From Candidatus Woesebacteria bacterium GW2011_GWC1_42_9 (lineage in GTDB: Bacteria > Patescibacteriota > Microgenomatia > UBA8517), in the NCBI GenBank assembly GCA_000995185.1, contig LCET01000001.1, positions 29,327 to 93,326 on the forward strand: DNA of 64,000 bases. Reading direction: 5' to 3'. How positions within the stretch are numbered: position 1 is the stretch's first letter; every line of letters begins with the position of its first letter. The notes under the pieces are model-generated. The model had not been told where the DNA came from and did no database searches. It saw nothing but the letters and a program-made list of their open reading frames with translations. This document shows, piece by piece, positions 10,586-20,069 of this stretch. A program made the translations under genes and the position numbers.

Positions 10586-11478
10586 GAGTATCAATTGTAA
10601 TTCCAAGTTGGAATAGCGAGAGCTTACTGAGGAGAAATCTCCCAAAAGTTCTTGAAGCAAAAAAAATTAAGTCGAACAGGATTAATGAGATTATTATTGT
10701 CGATGATGCTTCCCAAGATAAGACGGTCACATTTCTTGCCAAAGAATATAGGGACAAGATTAGGCTCTTTAGGCATAGAACAAACCGTGGATTTGCTTCT
10801 ACGGTAAATATGGGTGCAAGAATGGCGCGTTCTTCATTGATTTGTTTGTTAAACACCGATGTTATCCCGGAGAAAGATTTCCTAAAAAAAGTTATCCCTC
10901 ATTTTAAAAATAATCAAGTTTTCGCTGTTGGGTTGCACGAGAAAGGCTTTGGTCCTGCAAAGGGAGGATATGAGAACGGGTATATAAAACATTCCCCTTT
11001 GGAGGAAAACGATGAAGTACAACACACTTTTTGGGTGAGTGGTGGAAGCGGGGTATTTAGGAGAAAGGTTTGGCTTGAGCTAGGAGGAATGGATGATCGA
11101 TTATTAAGGCCATTTTATTGGGAAGATGTGGATTTAGGGTACAGGGCGCAGAAGAGAGCGTATTTTATGCTTTGGGAGCCTGGTGCAATGGTGGTTCATA
11201 AGCATGAGTCCATAATAAATGAAACCAATTTTAAGAAAAAATATTTAGAAATCGTAAAAGAGAGAAATCAATTATTGGTGATCTGGAAGAATATCACCAG
11301 CCGAAGTATGTTTAGGAAGCACTTGGAAGCAATGTTTCAGAGGACTGTTTCAAGCCCCGGTTACTTGCGTGTTATTCTGGCGGCACTACTTAGGTTGATC
11401 GTTGTCCGCCAAGGAAGAAAAAGGGAAATTAAACAGTCGATAGTCTCAGATGAGTCGGTATTTTCAAGGTTTAAATAA
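10582..11478 (+). CDS. family 2 glycosyltransferase
   Basis: 'VSIVIPSWNSESLL...IIIVDDASQDKT' and 'YWEDVDLGYR' motifs. Confidence 0.75.
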   Translation: MRVSIVIPSWNSESLLRRNLPKVLEAKKIKSNRINEIIIVDDASQDKTVTFLAKEYRDKIRLFRHRTNRGFASTVNMGARMARSSLICLLNTDVIPEKDFLKKVIPHFKNNQVFAVGLHEKGFGPAKGGYENGYIKHSPLEENDEVQHTFWVSGGSGVFRRKVWLELGGMDDRLLRPFYWEDVDLGYRAQKRAYFMLWEPGAMVVHKHESIINETNFKKKYLEIVKERNQLLVIWKNITSRSMFRKHLEAMFQRTVSSPGYLRVILAALLRLIVVRQGRKREIKQSIVSDESVFSRFK

Positions 11479-12715
11479 CATCAAAAAAATTATCTTAATC
11501 GCACTGTGTTTGCGTTTGTTTTTGGTTCCCTGGTCATATCACTCCGACTTAACGACCAATGAGATTTGGGGGATTTATGCTCAAGAATTTGGGTTAAGGG
11601 GTTTTTATGATTGGCTAAATTTTGGAAATTATGCCCGTCCGGATTATCCTCCTTTGGCAATGCTTTTGTTTTTAGTTCTAAGATGGTTTTATTTGTTAAT
11701 TTTTGAAGTTTTTTGGAAACTGAACATTAATTTTGATGCTTTTCCTTCAGATTTTATCACTTGGTTTGATGTTTACGGATATCGTTCAATCTTGAAACTT
11801 CCAGGAATATTTGCCGATGTGGGAATTGGCCTTGCCATTTACTATTGGATTAAAAAAATTAAGAATATAAAAACTGCAAAATACTCAATGGGTCTGTATT
11901 TGTTTAATCCTGTGACGATTTATTTGTCGGGATCATGGGGGCAGCTGGACTCTGCGGTATCATTATTTGGTTTGTTAGCTGTAGTTTTTGCGATGCAAAA
12001 AAAGTTTCTATTTAGTCTAATTTCAATTTTTATTTCTGTGATGATTAAGGCAACATTTATTCCTTTAGTGCCAATTTTGATAATTTTGTCTATAAAAAAT
12101 AAGATTAGCCCAAAGACTGTTTTCCGACTGATCATAGTCTTAGTTGCTTTGCTTTGGATTTTGGGTTCATTATTTATTGATTCTCATTATCTTTCTTGGA
12201 TAGTAAATATGTATGTAAATAAAATTCTTCCTGGTGCGGTTACTCTTCCATTTATTAATCTCAACTCTTTTAATTTCTGGGGATTAGTCCTCGGGCTTGA
12301 AAGAATCGCTGTCACAAACACGTATCTTGGGATTACATTAGGGAGAATAGCCTGGATTATTGGAGGGGGAGTTGTGATTTTAATAATCAGGAAATTTATT
12401 TTTAACGCGGAAACTTTTATGACTATTATAATGCTTTACTTCTCAATTTTTATGTTTTTCCCCAGGGTTCACGAGAGATATTTATTCCCGATCTTTGTAT
12501 TTTTCCCTTTAGTTTTGGTGAACAAACCAAAACTTAGAAAGTTATATACTATACTTAGCCTGGTATTTCTTGTGAATTTGTACCATTGGTGGTGGTTCCC
12601 TGAGGTTAAGGCGTTAACTATATTTTTCGATTATGAATTAACTGAACGGTTCTTTTCGTTTTTGAACCTTGTAATATTTGTTAAATTTTTGAGGATTTAT
12701 TATGAAGAAGCTTGA
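11450..12715 (+). CDS. GT-C-like polytopic membrane glycosyltransferase, second family (paralog of 17250..18542)
   Basis: 421 aa with about 11 TM segments. It shares 'W.YH.DL' N-terminal and 'HERYLFPIF' C-terminal motifs with the ORF at 17250. I think this is DUF2029/GT87- or PIG-M-like but cannot verify it. Confidence 0.45.
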   Translation: MSRYFQGLNNIKKIILIALCLRLFLVPWSYHSDLTTNEIWGIYAQEFGLRGFYDWLNFGNYARPDYPPLAMLLFLVLRWFYLLIFEVFWKLNINFDAFPSDFITWFDVYGYRSILKLPGIFADVGIGLAIYYWIKKIKNIKTAKYSMGLYLFNPVTIYLSGSWGQLDSAVSLFGLLAVVFAMQKKFLFSLISIFISVMIKATFIPLVPILIILSIKNKISPKTVFRLIIVLVALLWILGSLFIDSHYLSWIVNMYVNKILPGAVTLPFINLNSFNFWGLVLGLERIAVTNTYLGITLGRIAWIIGGGVVILIIRKFIFNAETFMTIIMLYFSIFMFFPRVHERYLFPIFVFFPLVLVNKPKLRKLYTILSLVFLVNLYHWWWFPEVKALTIFFDYELTERFFSFLNLVIFVKFLRIYYEEA

Positions 12716-13514
12716 TCTTTCGATAATTGTCGTTAATTGGAATACCAAAAAACTAACGGTTGACTGTGTGAAGTCGATAATTTCTTCGAAACCAGGAGTT
12801 AGCTACGAGATTATAATGGTGGATAATGCTTCGGCCGATGGAAGTGTCGGGGCATTGCGCGAATTGGAACGGAAGAAGGTTAGATTAATTGAGAATAAGA
12901 ATAATTTAGGTTTTGCTCGGGGGGTTAATCTTGGCGCCAGAGGAGCGAGAGGTAAATATTTATTTCTTTTAAACTCCGATACAAAGATGGCGAGGAATTA
13001 TATCGATGAATTGATCCATTTTGCAAAAAATGCTTCTGAAGCCGGAGTGGTGGGTACGAAATTACTAAATATCGATAGATCTATTCAGCCAAGTTGCTAT
13101 CGTCTACCAACACTTTGGAGGTCTATTCGGCAATATTGGCTTGGAGAAGAGAAAATTTTGGATAAATATGTTCCATCGGGAGAAGATCCTGTCGAAGTGG
13201 AATCAGTGGTGGGGGCCTCATTCTTGATTACCCCAGAGGCGAGATCGAAAGTTGGCCTACTTGACGAGCGGTACTTTATGTATTTTGAAGACCTTGATTA
13301 CTGTAGGAGTGTGCGTAAGGCGGGGCTAAAGGTATATTATTTACCGAATGTGGAAGTAGTCCACTATCATGGTGCTAGCGGTAATAAGGCAGCTGGCAAT
13401 AAAGATCAGCTGGAAAGGTTGACAAGATCGAGCATGATTTATCATGGGATAATTAGACACTATTTAATTTGGTTTGTAATGTGGAGTGGGCAAAAGCTTA
13501 GATTAGTAATATGA
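12702..13514 (+). CDS. family 2 glycosyltransferase
   Basis: 'LSIIVVNWNTKKLTVDCVKSI...IIMVDNASADGS' and 'YFEDLDYC'. Confidence 0.8.
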   Translation: MKKLDLSIIVVNWNTKKLTVDCVKSIISSKPGVSYEIIMVDNASADGSVGALRELERKKVRLIENKNNLGFARGVNLGARGARGKYLFLLNSDTKMARNYIDELIHFAKNASEAGVVGTKLLNIDRSIQPSCYRLPTLWRSIRQYWLGEEKILDKYVPSGEDPVEVESVVGASFLITPEARSKVGLLDERYFMYFEDLDYCRSVRKAGLKVYYLPNVEVVHYHGASGNKAAGNKDQLERLTRSSMIYHGIIRHYLIWFVMWSGQKLRLVI

Positions 13515-15205
13515 AAGTAAAGTATTGCAAATTAGTATTAATTTTGATTATTTTTATCGCTTCATTTTTGAGGTTGTGGAGACTTGATCAAGTACCTGTT
13601 TCTCTGTTTGGAGATGAGTTAGATGTTGGCTATCATGCCTATTCGATATTTAAAACTGGTAAAGATTATATGGGTAATCCTTGGCCTCTGCATTTTCAAT
13701 CTCTTGCCGAGTGGCGGACCCCTCTTTATTTGTACAGTACGGTTCCGACAGTTGCTCTTTTTGGGGTTAGCCCTTGGGGAGTGCGTTTGCCGGCTGCGAT
13801 TTTTGGGATACTCGGTGTGTACATTTTCTTTTTTCTTCTAAAAGAGCTGACAAAAAATGAGAAGCTTTCATTAATAGGTACAGCCGTGTTGGCTTTTTCT
13901 CCTTGGCACATCCAATATAGCCGATCTGCGTTTGAGGTAACTCAACTTCTCTTCTTCTTATTATTGGGGATGTTACTTTTTTTTAAATCATTTAATAACG
14001 GAAAATGGTTGTGGCTGTCTATGGTCTCCTTTGCTTTAATGCCTTGGGTGTATAGTACTGCAAAGTTATTTACTCCCCTTATTTTGGTCTTTTTATTTCT
14101 TGTCTGGAGAAAAAAATTGTTTGGATTACCGAAAAAATATTTGATTCGCGGCGCGGTTGCTTTACTCATTTTTGGTGTGCCGATTGCATATAGCACAATA
14201 TTTGGAGGGGGCTCGCAAAGATTTGGGTATATTAGTGTTTTTACAAATCCAACTACGGAGGCAGAAGTTGGCACTTCGCGGCAGCTCGATGCTCGGATGC
14301 GAGGGGAGCTTGGAGAGGGATTGCATCCAACCTTTATTGACCGCGCTTTCCATAATAAATTTACCTTTTGGGGATCAAATATCGTGAATAATTATTTTGA
14401 GTCTTTCTCTGCTGATTTTTTGTTCAATGTGGGTGATCCAAACTTAAGGCACTCAATTAATGGTATGGGCTTATTTTACAAGATTGAGATTGTGGCATTT
14501 TTTGTTGGCTTAATATACTTCTTTTCAAGAAACAAAATTGACAAGAAGATAAGGCTTTTGGTGCTGTATTGGATTATTATAGGAGTTCTGCCGGCTTCAA
14601 TTACCAGGGATGGTGGTCATCATGCAACTAGATTAATAGTAATCCTGCCTCCGATGGTGATTCTTATCGCCTATGGGATCCACAATTTTAATAAATATGT
14701 TTTGTTAAGTTACTTTTTTCTGTTTATAGCTTGTTTTATTTTTTATCAACACAGTTTTTGGGTTCATAATCCATGGGGGAGTGAGCGCTGGTGGCATGCA
14801 GGTTTTAGAGAGTCAGTTCAATCTATTAAAGAGATTGAAAATGGGTATGAGAAGATTATTATCTCTACTTCAAGTGAACCACCTTGGACCTTTTTTGCGG
14901 CATGGTATGAATATCCGCCTGATAAGTGGCAAAGTGAGTTCCCGTTGGATAATGTAGTTAATTTAGAGGGGGTTGGAAATGTATCACATATTGATAAATA
15001 TTACTTTGGGAGTGTCAAAGGTGGATTATATGATTGGGGAAAGATACTTGATGGAAATACTTTATATCTTGCGTCTGAAAAAGACGTAAATGTTAATCTG
15101 ATTATGGAGCCGGATCGTACCCCCGGCGATCTAAAGTTAATTAAATCTATCCCTTACCCTTCCGGCCAACCAGCATTTTATCTTTTCTCAGGCAAGAGTG
15201 AATGA
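13511..15205 (+). CDS. GT-C glycosyltransferase, PMT_2/ArnT-like (GT39/GT83-type), tandem paralog 1 of 8
   Basis: 564 aa. An N-terminal TM helix is followed by the first-loop motif 'FGDELDVGYHAYSI..TGKDYMGNPWPLHFQS' (DE motif) and more than 10 TM segments, then a C-terminal soluble domain of about 150 aa. ATGA overlap with the upstream gene. Confidence 0.7.
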   Translation: MKVKYCKLVLILIIFIASFLRLWRLDQVPVSLFGDELDVGYHAYSIFKTGKDYMGNPWPLHFQSLAEWRTPLYLYSTVPTVALFGVSPWGVRLPAAIFGILGVYIFFFLLKELTKNEKLSLIGTAVLAFSPWHIQYSRSAFEVTQLLFFLLLGMLLFFKSFNNGKWLWLSMVSFALMPWVYSTAKLFTPLILVFLFLVWRKKLFGLPKKYLIRGAVALLIFGVPIAYSTIFGGGSQRFGYISVFTNPTTEAEVGTSRQLDARMRGELGEGLHPTFIDRAFHNKFTFWGSNIVNNYFESFSADFLFNVGDPNLRHSINGMGLFYKIEIVAFFVGLIYFFSRNKIDKKIRLLVLYWIIIGVLPASITRDGGHHATRLIVILPPMVILIAYGIHNFNKYVLLSYFFLFIACFIFYQHSFWVHNPWGSERWWHAGFRESVQSIKEIENGYEKIIISTSSEPPWTFFAAWYEYPPDKWQSEFPLDNVVNLEGVGNVSHIDKYYFGSVKGGLYDWGKILDGNTLYLASEKDVNVNLIMEPDRTPGDLKLIKSIPYPSGQPAFYLFSGKSE

Positions 15206-15714
15206 AGGGGCTACGAAATAAGTTGTTGTTGCTAATATCTCCAGGTTTTTGGTTTATGTTGCTAAACACTAAAACGGCAGTTGGTGAATGGATGAAAACA
15301 CCTCTTTATATTTCTAGCAAAATAGAATCAATCTTTGCTGTATATAACTTGAGATTTGTTTTTGATTTAAAAGATACTTCCATTTTTTCGCGGCTTTATT
15401 TTGGTAAGTTAGGACTTGTTTTTAACAATATGTCTGAGATATTAAATTTAATTTCTCCGAAAACTTTTTTTGTTGACAGTATGGTATTTGGAAAATGGGA
15501 AATGATCCCGTTCTTTCTCTTTCCTCTGTGGTTTATAGGTGTTTATATATTAGTGAAAACGAATCACTTCGTGCCCTTTCTTGTTTTGGTGTTTACTACA
15601 TTATTTGCATATCTATCGGGCCAACGTAGTGTGTACTTTTTATTTCCCTCATATCTTGTAAATATTTATATCGTTAGTTTTGGTTTAGGCTATCTCTTTA
15701 ATGAAAAAAAGTAG
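15202..15714 (+). CDS. small membrane protein; possible truncated derivative of the tandem GT-C family
   Basis: 170 aa with 3-4 TM segments. The segment 'ISPKTFFVDSMVFGKWEMIPFFLFPLWFIGVYIL' resembles the central 'F.SP.F.F..GD...' region of the full-length paralogs. ATGA overlaps on both sides. Confidence 0.4.
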   Translation: MKGLRNKLLLLISPGFWFMLLNTKTAVGEWMKTPLYISSKIESIFAVYNLRFVFDLKDTSIFSRLYFGKLGLVFNNMSEILNLISPKTFFVDSMVFGKWEMIPFFLFPLWFIGVYILVKTNHFVPFLVLVFTTLFAYLSGQRSVYFLFPSYLVNIYIVSFGLGYLFNEKK

Positions 15715-17275
15715 CAGATTTTTTGGACTAGGAATACTTGTCGTATTTTTACTAGCATTAGTATTAAGAACTTATCGTTTGCCGAATCTTCCGATCAGTC
15801 TTTCGATGGACGAGGTAACTTTTGGGTATGCAGCATATGCCGTTATGGAGACGGGGAGAGATGAACAAGGAAAATTACTTCCATTATATTTCCGCGGTAT
15901 CGGGGATTATAAGCCCCCAATCGATGTTTATCTAAAAATCCCGTTTATTTATATTTTTGGTTTAAACGAGCTTTCGGTTCGATTGCCAGGTGCGATATTG
16001 GGAAGTTTAAGCGTATTATTTGTAATTTTAATACTAATGACGTTGAAATTTAAAGAAAGATATTCACTATTAGCCGGTTTCTGGCTTGCAATATCGGGTT
16101 GGCACATATTTTTTTCAAGGGCTGGTTTTGAGGCGGTGACTGCGCTTTTCTTCTTATTGGCAGGATTATATTTTTTCATGTCTTGGGTTAGAAAAGGATA
16201 TGCTTTGTTTTTCTATTTGTTTATTCTCTCTTTTTCATTATCTGTTTGGAGCTATCATGCCGAGAGATTATTTATCCCGGTTCTTTCCATCGCCTTGATT
16301 GCTCTATATAAAAAAGAGTTTAAGAAACTTGTGACAAACAAAAGAGATTTACTGCAAATATTATTAGTTTTATTGTTTTTTTTGATCCCATTTTTATATA
16401 TTAGTTTATTTACCTTGGGAGTGAGGGCAAGGGCCGAGGATCTATGGATAGGAAAAGAAATCGGATTGTTGGACAACCCATATGGTTTTTTTCGATTATT
16501 GGTGGGTCAATATCTATCATATTTTGATCCGAGGTTTATTTTTTGGAAGGCGATCGGGATGACTCCTAAGGGATATACGGATTTGGGAATAATATATTTT
16601 ATTGACGTTCCAATAATTCTAGCTGGGATTTACTCGGTTATAAAATCAAAAAATAGAGATATAAAAAATATTGTGTATTTGTTTTTATTCTTGGGCCCTT
16701 TACCTGGGGCAGTTGCTAGGGGAGACGCTAGTCCAATTAGAATACTTCAGTGGGTTCCATTGTTTGCGATTTTGTATGCATCTGGGTCCGAATATTTTTT
16801 GGAAAAGCGTGTACCCAAAATAGCAATTTTGGTTTATTCGCTTGCTCTTGTGATTAATGCAAGTTTATTCTGGAGTATTTATCGCAATAGTTTCCATAAA
16901 TATTATGGAGATCTGTGGCACTATGGATATAAGGAGGCAGCTAATTATGTATGCGAGAATCATCAGCGCTATAATGAGATAGTGTTTACCGATAAATACG
17001 GAATTGAGTTACCAAAAGTTAAGACGATCCCGCATTATTATGTACTGTTTCATTGTGGAATTAGCCCAAAGAATTATCTTGATAATGATCAAATATTAAA
17101 TATCGAGTTTAGGCAGCCACAATGGAGACTAGATAAAGAAATGGAAAATGCTTTGTTAATTGGATCGCCTTGGGATTTTCCCGAAGATTTTGATGCCAAA
17201 AGAATAATGAAGATAATACAATTTCCGGGCGGTAAACCTGCGTTTTATTTTGTCGAAACAAATGAAAAAAATTAG
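15701..17275 (+). CDS. GT-C glycosyltransferase, PMT_2/ArnT-like, tandem paralog 2 of 8
   Basis: 'SMDEVTFGYAAYAV..TGRDEQGKLLPLYFRGIGDYKPP' and the same architecture as paralog 1. Confidence 0.7.
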   Translation: MKKSSRFFGLGILVVFLLALVLRTYRLPNLPISLSMDEVTFGYAAYAVMETGRDEQGKLLPLYFRGIGDYKPPIDVYLKIPFIYIFGLNELSVRLPGAILGSLSVLFVILILMTLKFKERYSLLAGFWLAISGWHIFFSRAGFEAVTALFFLLAGLYFFMSWVRKGYALFFYLFILSFSLSVWSYHAERLFIPVLSIALIALYKKEFKKLVTNKRDLLQILLVLLFFLIPFLYISLFTLGVRARAEDLWIGKEIGLLDNPYGFFRLLVGQYLSYFDPRFIFWKAIGMTPKGYTDLGIIYFIDVPIILAGIYSVIKSKNRDIKNIVYLFLFLGPLPGAVARGDASPIRILQWVPLFAILYASGSEYFLEKRVPKIAILVYSLALVINASLFWSIYRNSFHKYYGDLWHYGYKEAANYVCENHQRYNEIVFTDKYGIELPKVKTIPHYYVLFHCGISPKNYLDNDQILNIEFRQPQWRLDKEMENALLIGSPWDFPEDFDAKRIMKIIQFPGGKPAFYFVETNEKN

Positions 17276-18542
17276 TCTTAAAAAGATATTTCTGTTTGCT
17301 TTTTTGTTTCGTTTGATATTTGCCTTTTGGATATGGCATCCAGATTTGAATAATCATATTGATTGGGGTATTAGGTTTTGGGATTATGGAGCGAAAGGGT
17401 TTTATGCGCCTGAATCGAATGTGTGGAATTATACTTGGCCGAATCAGCCCCCGGGAACGATTATAATTTTTGCATTCATATATAAATTATTTAAGTTCAT
17501 ATTTTCATTCTTTTGGTTTTTGAATATAAAGATTCCTTTGTTCCCTTCTCTTGTAATGCTCTTTTTGGAAGATCGTTTATACCCCGCCCTACTTCAACTA
17601 CCGGCGATATTATCTGATTTAGGAATGGCATACTTGATCTACAAAATCCTTGTTAAGTGGAAAAATGTTCAAACTGCGAGGTTTGGAGCGATACTTTTTT
17701 TATTCAATCCTATTATTTGGTATAACTCGGCGGTTTGGGGACAGACCGATGCAACCGTGAATTTTTTTGGGCTTCTTGCTCTATATTTCTTGCTAAATAA
17801 GAAGCTTACGAAAAGCCTCCTTGCGATTGCTATCTCGCTTTATATAAAAGTTTCTTTGGCTATTTTTCTCCCTCTCTTTGCTATTGTTATTGTACGCCAG
17901 AGGCATAAAGTTATAAACATCGTTAAATCTTTATCATTTCCGGTTTTGATTATTCTTGGGGTCACTCTATTTTTTTCGACGAAGGTAGATCCAGCTACAT
18001 GGCTTTATAATATTTATACTAAAAAAGTATTGACCGAACAGCTCCAAGTGATTACGGCAAATGCGTTTAATTTGTGGGCAGCTTTAACTGGCATACATGA
18101 ACAACCTCATATATTGAAGCTTGGGCCGTTGAGTTATCAGTACTGGGGCATGGTTTTGACAGGATTGGTGTTGGCCCCAATTTTTTGGAAATTGTGGAGA
18201 AATCAAGATAAAGAAAATATCTTTTGGTCATTTGTTCTACTTGCGTTTTCGGTGTGGATGTTTAAAACAAACATGCATGAGAGGTATTTATATCCGCTGT
18301 TTCCTTATTTGACCATATTGGTTGCCCGGGACAGAAAGCTGCTTCCAATTTATTGGTCGCTCTCTGGGATTAATCTATTGAATTTGTATAATTTTTGGTG
18401 GGTTCCAAAGGTTGATTTGTTAGTTGGATTTTTGTCTTTTGGGAACAGAGTTATGCCAAGGATATTGGGATTAATTAATCTTGTTATTTTTGTTTATCTT
18501 GCGAGGTCAAGAAGGCTATTTCATCCCAACGATGTGAGCTAA
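17250..18542 (+). CDS. GT-C-like polytopic membrane glycosyltransferase, second family (paralog of 11450..12715)
   Basis: 'WIWHPDLNNHIDWG' N-terminus and 'MHERYLYPLFPYL' near the C-terminus. The TM-rich 430 aa layout is collinear with the ORF at 11450. Confidence 0.45.
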   Translation: MSKQMKKISLKKIFLFAFLFRLIFAFWIWHPDLNNHIDWGIRFWDYGAKGFYAPESNVWNYTWPNQPPGTIIIFAFIYKLFKFIFSFFWFLNIKIPLFPSLVMLFLEDRLYPALLQLPAILSDLGMAYLIYKILVKWKNVQTARFGAILFLFNPIIWYNSAVWGQTDATVNFFGLLALYFLLNKKLTKSLLAIAISLYIKVSLAIFLPLFAIVIVRQRHKVINIVKSLSFPVLIILGVTLFFSTKVDPATWLYNIYTKKVLTEQLQVITANAFNLWAALTGIHEQPHILKLGPLSYQYWGMVLTGLVLAPIFWKLWRNQDKENIFWSFVLLAFSVWMFKTNMHERYLYPLFPYLTILVARDRKLLPIYWSLSGINLLNLYNFWWVPKVDLLVGFLSFGNRVMPRILGLINLVIFVYLARSRRLFHPNDVS

Positions 18543-20069
18543 TACATTGCCTTCTTTGTCCTTCACCACAATTATTCTGTCAACTTCCTTATTAAGTCTG
18601 ACTTCTTCAAGAGGCAGACTGGAAGGGGGTCCTACGAGAAGTGTGTCTTTTGCATATTCATCTTGCCTAAACCAATAGACATCTCGAAATTCATATTTAC
18701 CGAAATTAAAATCCTTTCTGCCTTTGGGATTGTCAGCAATTTTTTTGATCTCCTTTTGATATTTGTCTGGTGAATAATTTGAATAGAATAGAATGAAAAT
18801 ATGCGGCTGTGCAGTTCTGGTTTCAAAAATAATCCTGTTATAATCACCCTCCACCTTTGATGATTCAGTTATGATTTCCTTCATCCCGAATTGCCATGCA
18901 CCTTTGGACGTACCTGGAAAGATATAAGTGATACTACCTATTAGGTGGGTAAGAGACATTATTGTCAGCGGGACGATAAAAAGGAGAGCAAGTTTGTGGC
19001 GCGCAATGGAGACGAAGCCGATACTTATAATAATAGTAAAAAATACGAATAGAGGAAGGACTCTTGCTGGGTAAAACCAATTCCAAGTGAGAATTGCTGG
19101 TAGCGGTGAGATGATAGTAAGCAGGGCAAGGTTCTTATATTTTTTTGGATTTTTGATGATATTAATGATCCCTGCCACCCAGAAAAAAAACCAGAAACTA
19201 TAGAATTCTGCAAAACCCGATATTTGTTGTGTTGGCTCGCCAGTCCCTCTAACAAAGAGGTTTATTGGAGAAAAATAAGATAAATATCTCGAATAGATGG
19301 CGTTAACCAAACTTGACGGTGAAAGATCACTATTCCTTTTTAAAGCGTGATAAAGTGAAGTGGACGACATGCGGCTAGTGGTCTCGGGATTGTTAAAATA
19401 AATAATTGCAAGCGGAAGCAATGTCAAAAGAAACAGCAAAATAGTTTTTTGATTTTTCCTAATCAGAAAGTGATTTGTAAACATAAAAAGTATAAAAGTG
19501 ATTGGTGCAAGGATTTTTTCTGAGTGGTAAGAATATATGGAAAGTGAGAGCAGAAATACAGCCGACACGAGGTGCTTACCGGGAGACTTTGAGTTTATGA
19601 TAAGACAATAAACTCCAGCTAGATAAAAGAGAAGAGCTAAGTTCGCCTCAAATGCTGCCCTTGAAAAGAATATTGCCCAGGGTGATATTGAAATTGCGAG
19701 AGAAGCAAACATTCCGACAATTCGGTTATTAGTTAAATTCTTGGCGAGAAAGTAGGTGACTACTATGATCATGGTTCCAGAAAGAGAAGATAAGAGTCTC
19801 ACCGAGATTTCATTTAGACCAAGGAAATATATAAAAGGAATTGAAAAATAGGCGTAGGCAGAAGATTTATAGTCATCAAAAGACCTTAATAGTATTGGTA
19901 ATTTATATCCAAACTCATCTCTTCCAGTTTTGGACAGGGAATAGGAGTTATATCCGAGGGCAACTTCATCCCAGTTTAACGCAGGCGGAGAGTGATGAAG
20001 CCATAATGCTCTCAAGCCAAATCCAAGCAAAATAATTGACAAGAGGATTACTTTTGTATGCCTATCCAT
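18516..20069 (-). CDS. GT-C glycosyltransferase, PMT_2/ArnT-like, tandem paralog 3 of 8 (inverted orientation)
   Basis: 'NWDEVALGYNSYSL..TGRDEFGYKLPILLRSFDDYK', same architecture. Its 3' end overlaps the convergent upstream gene by 27 nt. Confidence 0.7.
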   Translation of the reverse strand: MDRHTKVILLSIILLGFGLRALWLHHSPPALNWDEVALGYNSYSLSKTGRDEFGYKLPILLRSFDDYKSSAYAYFSIPFIYFLGLNEISVRLLSSLSGTMIIVVTYFLAKNLTNNRIVGMFASLAISISPWAIFFSRAAFEANLALLFYLAGVYCLIINSKSPGKHLVSAVFLLSLSIYSYHSEKILAPITFILFMFTNHFLIRKNQKTILLFLLTLLPLAIIYFNNPETTSRMSSTSLYHALKRNSDLSPSSLVNAIYSRYLSYFSPINLFVRGTGEPTQQISGFAEFYSFWFFFWVAGIINIIKNPKKYKNLALLTIISPLPAILTWNWFYPARVLPLFVFFTIIISIGFVSIARHKLALLFIVPLTIMSLTHLIGSITYIFPGTSKGAWQFGMKEIITESSKVEGDYNRIIFETRTAQPHIFILFYSNYSPDKYQKEIKKIADNPKGRKDFNFGKYEFRDVYWFRQDEYAKDTLLVGPPSSLPLEEVRLNKEVDRIIVVKDKEGNVLAHIVGMK

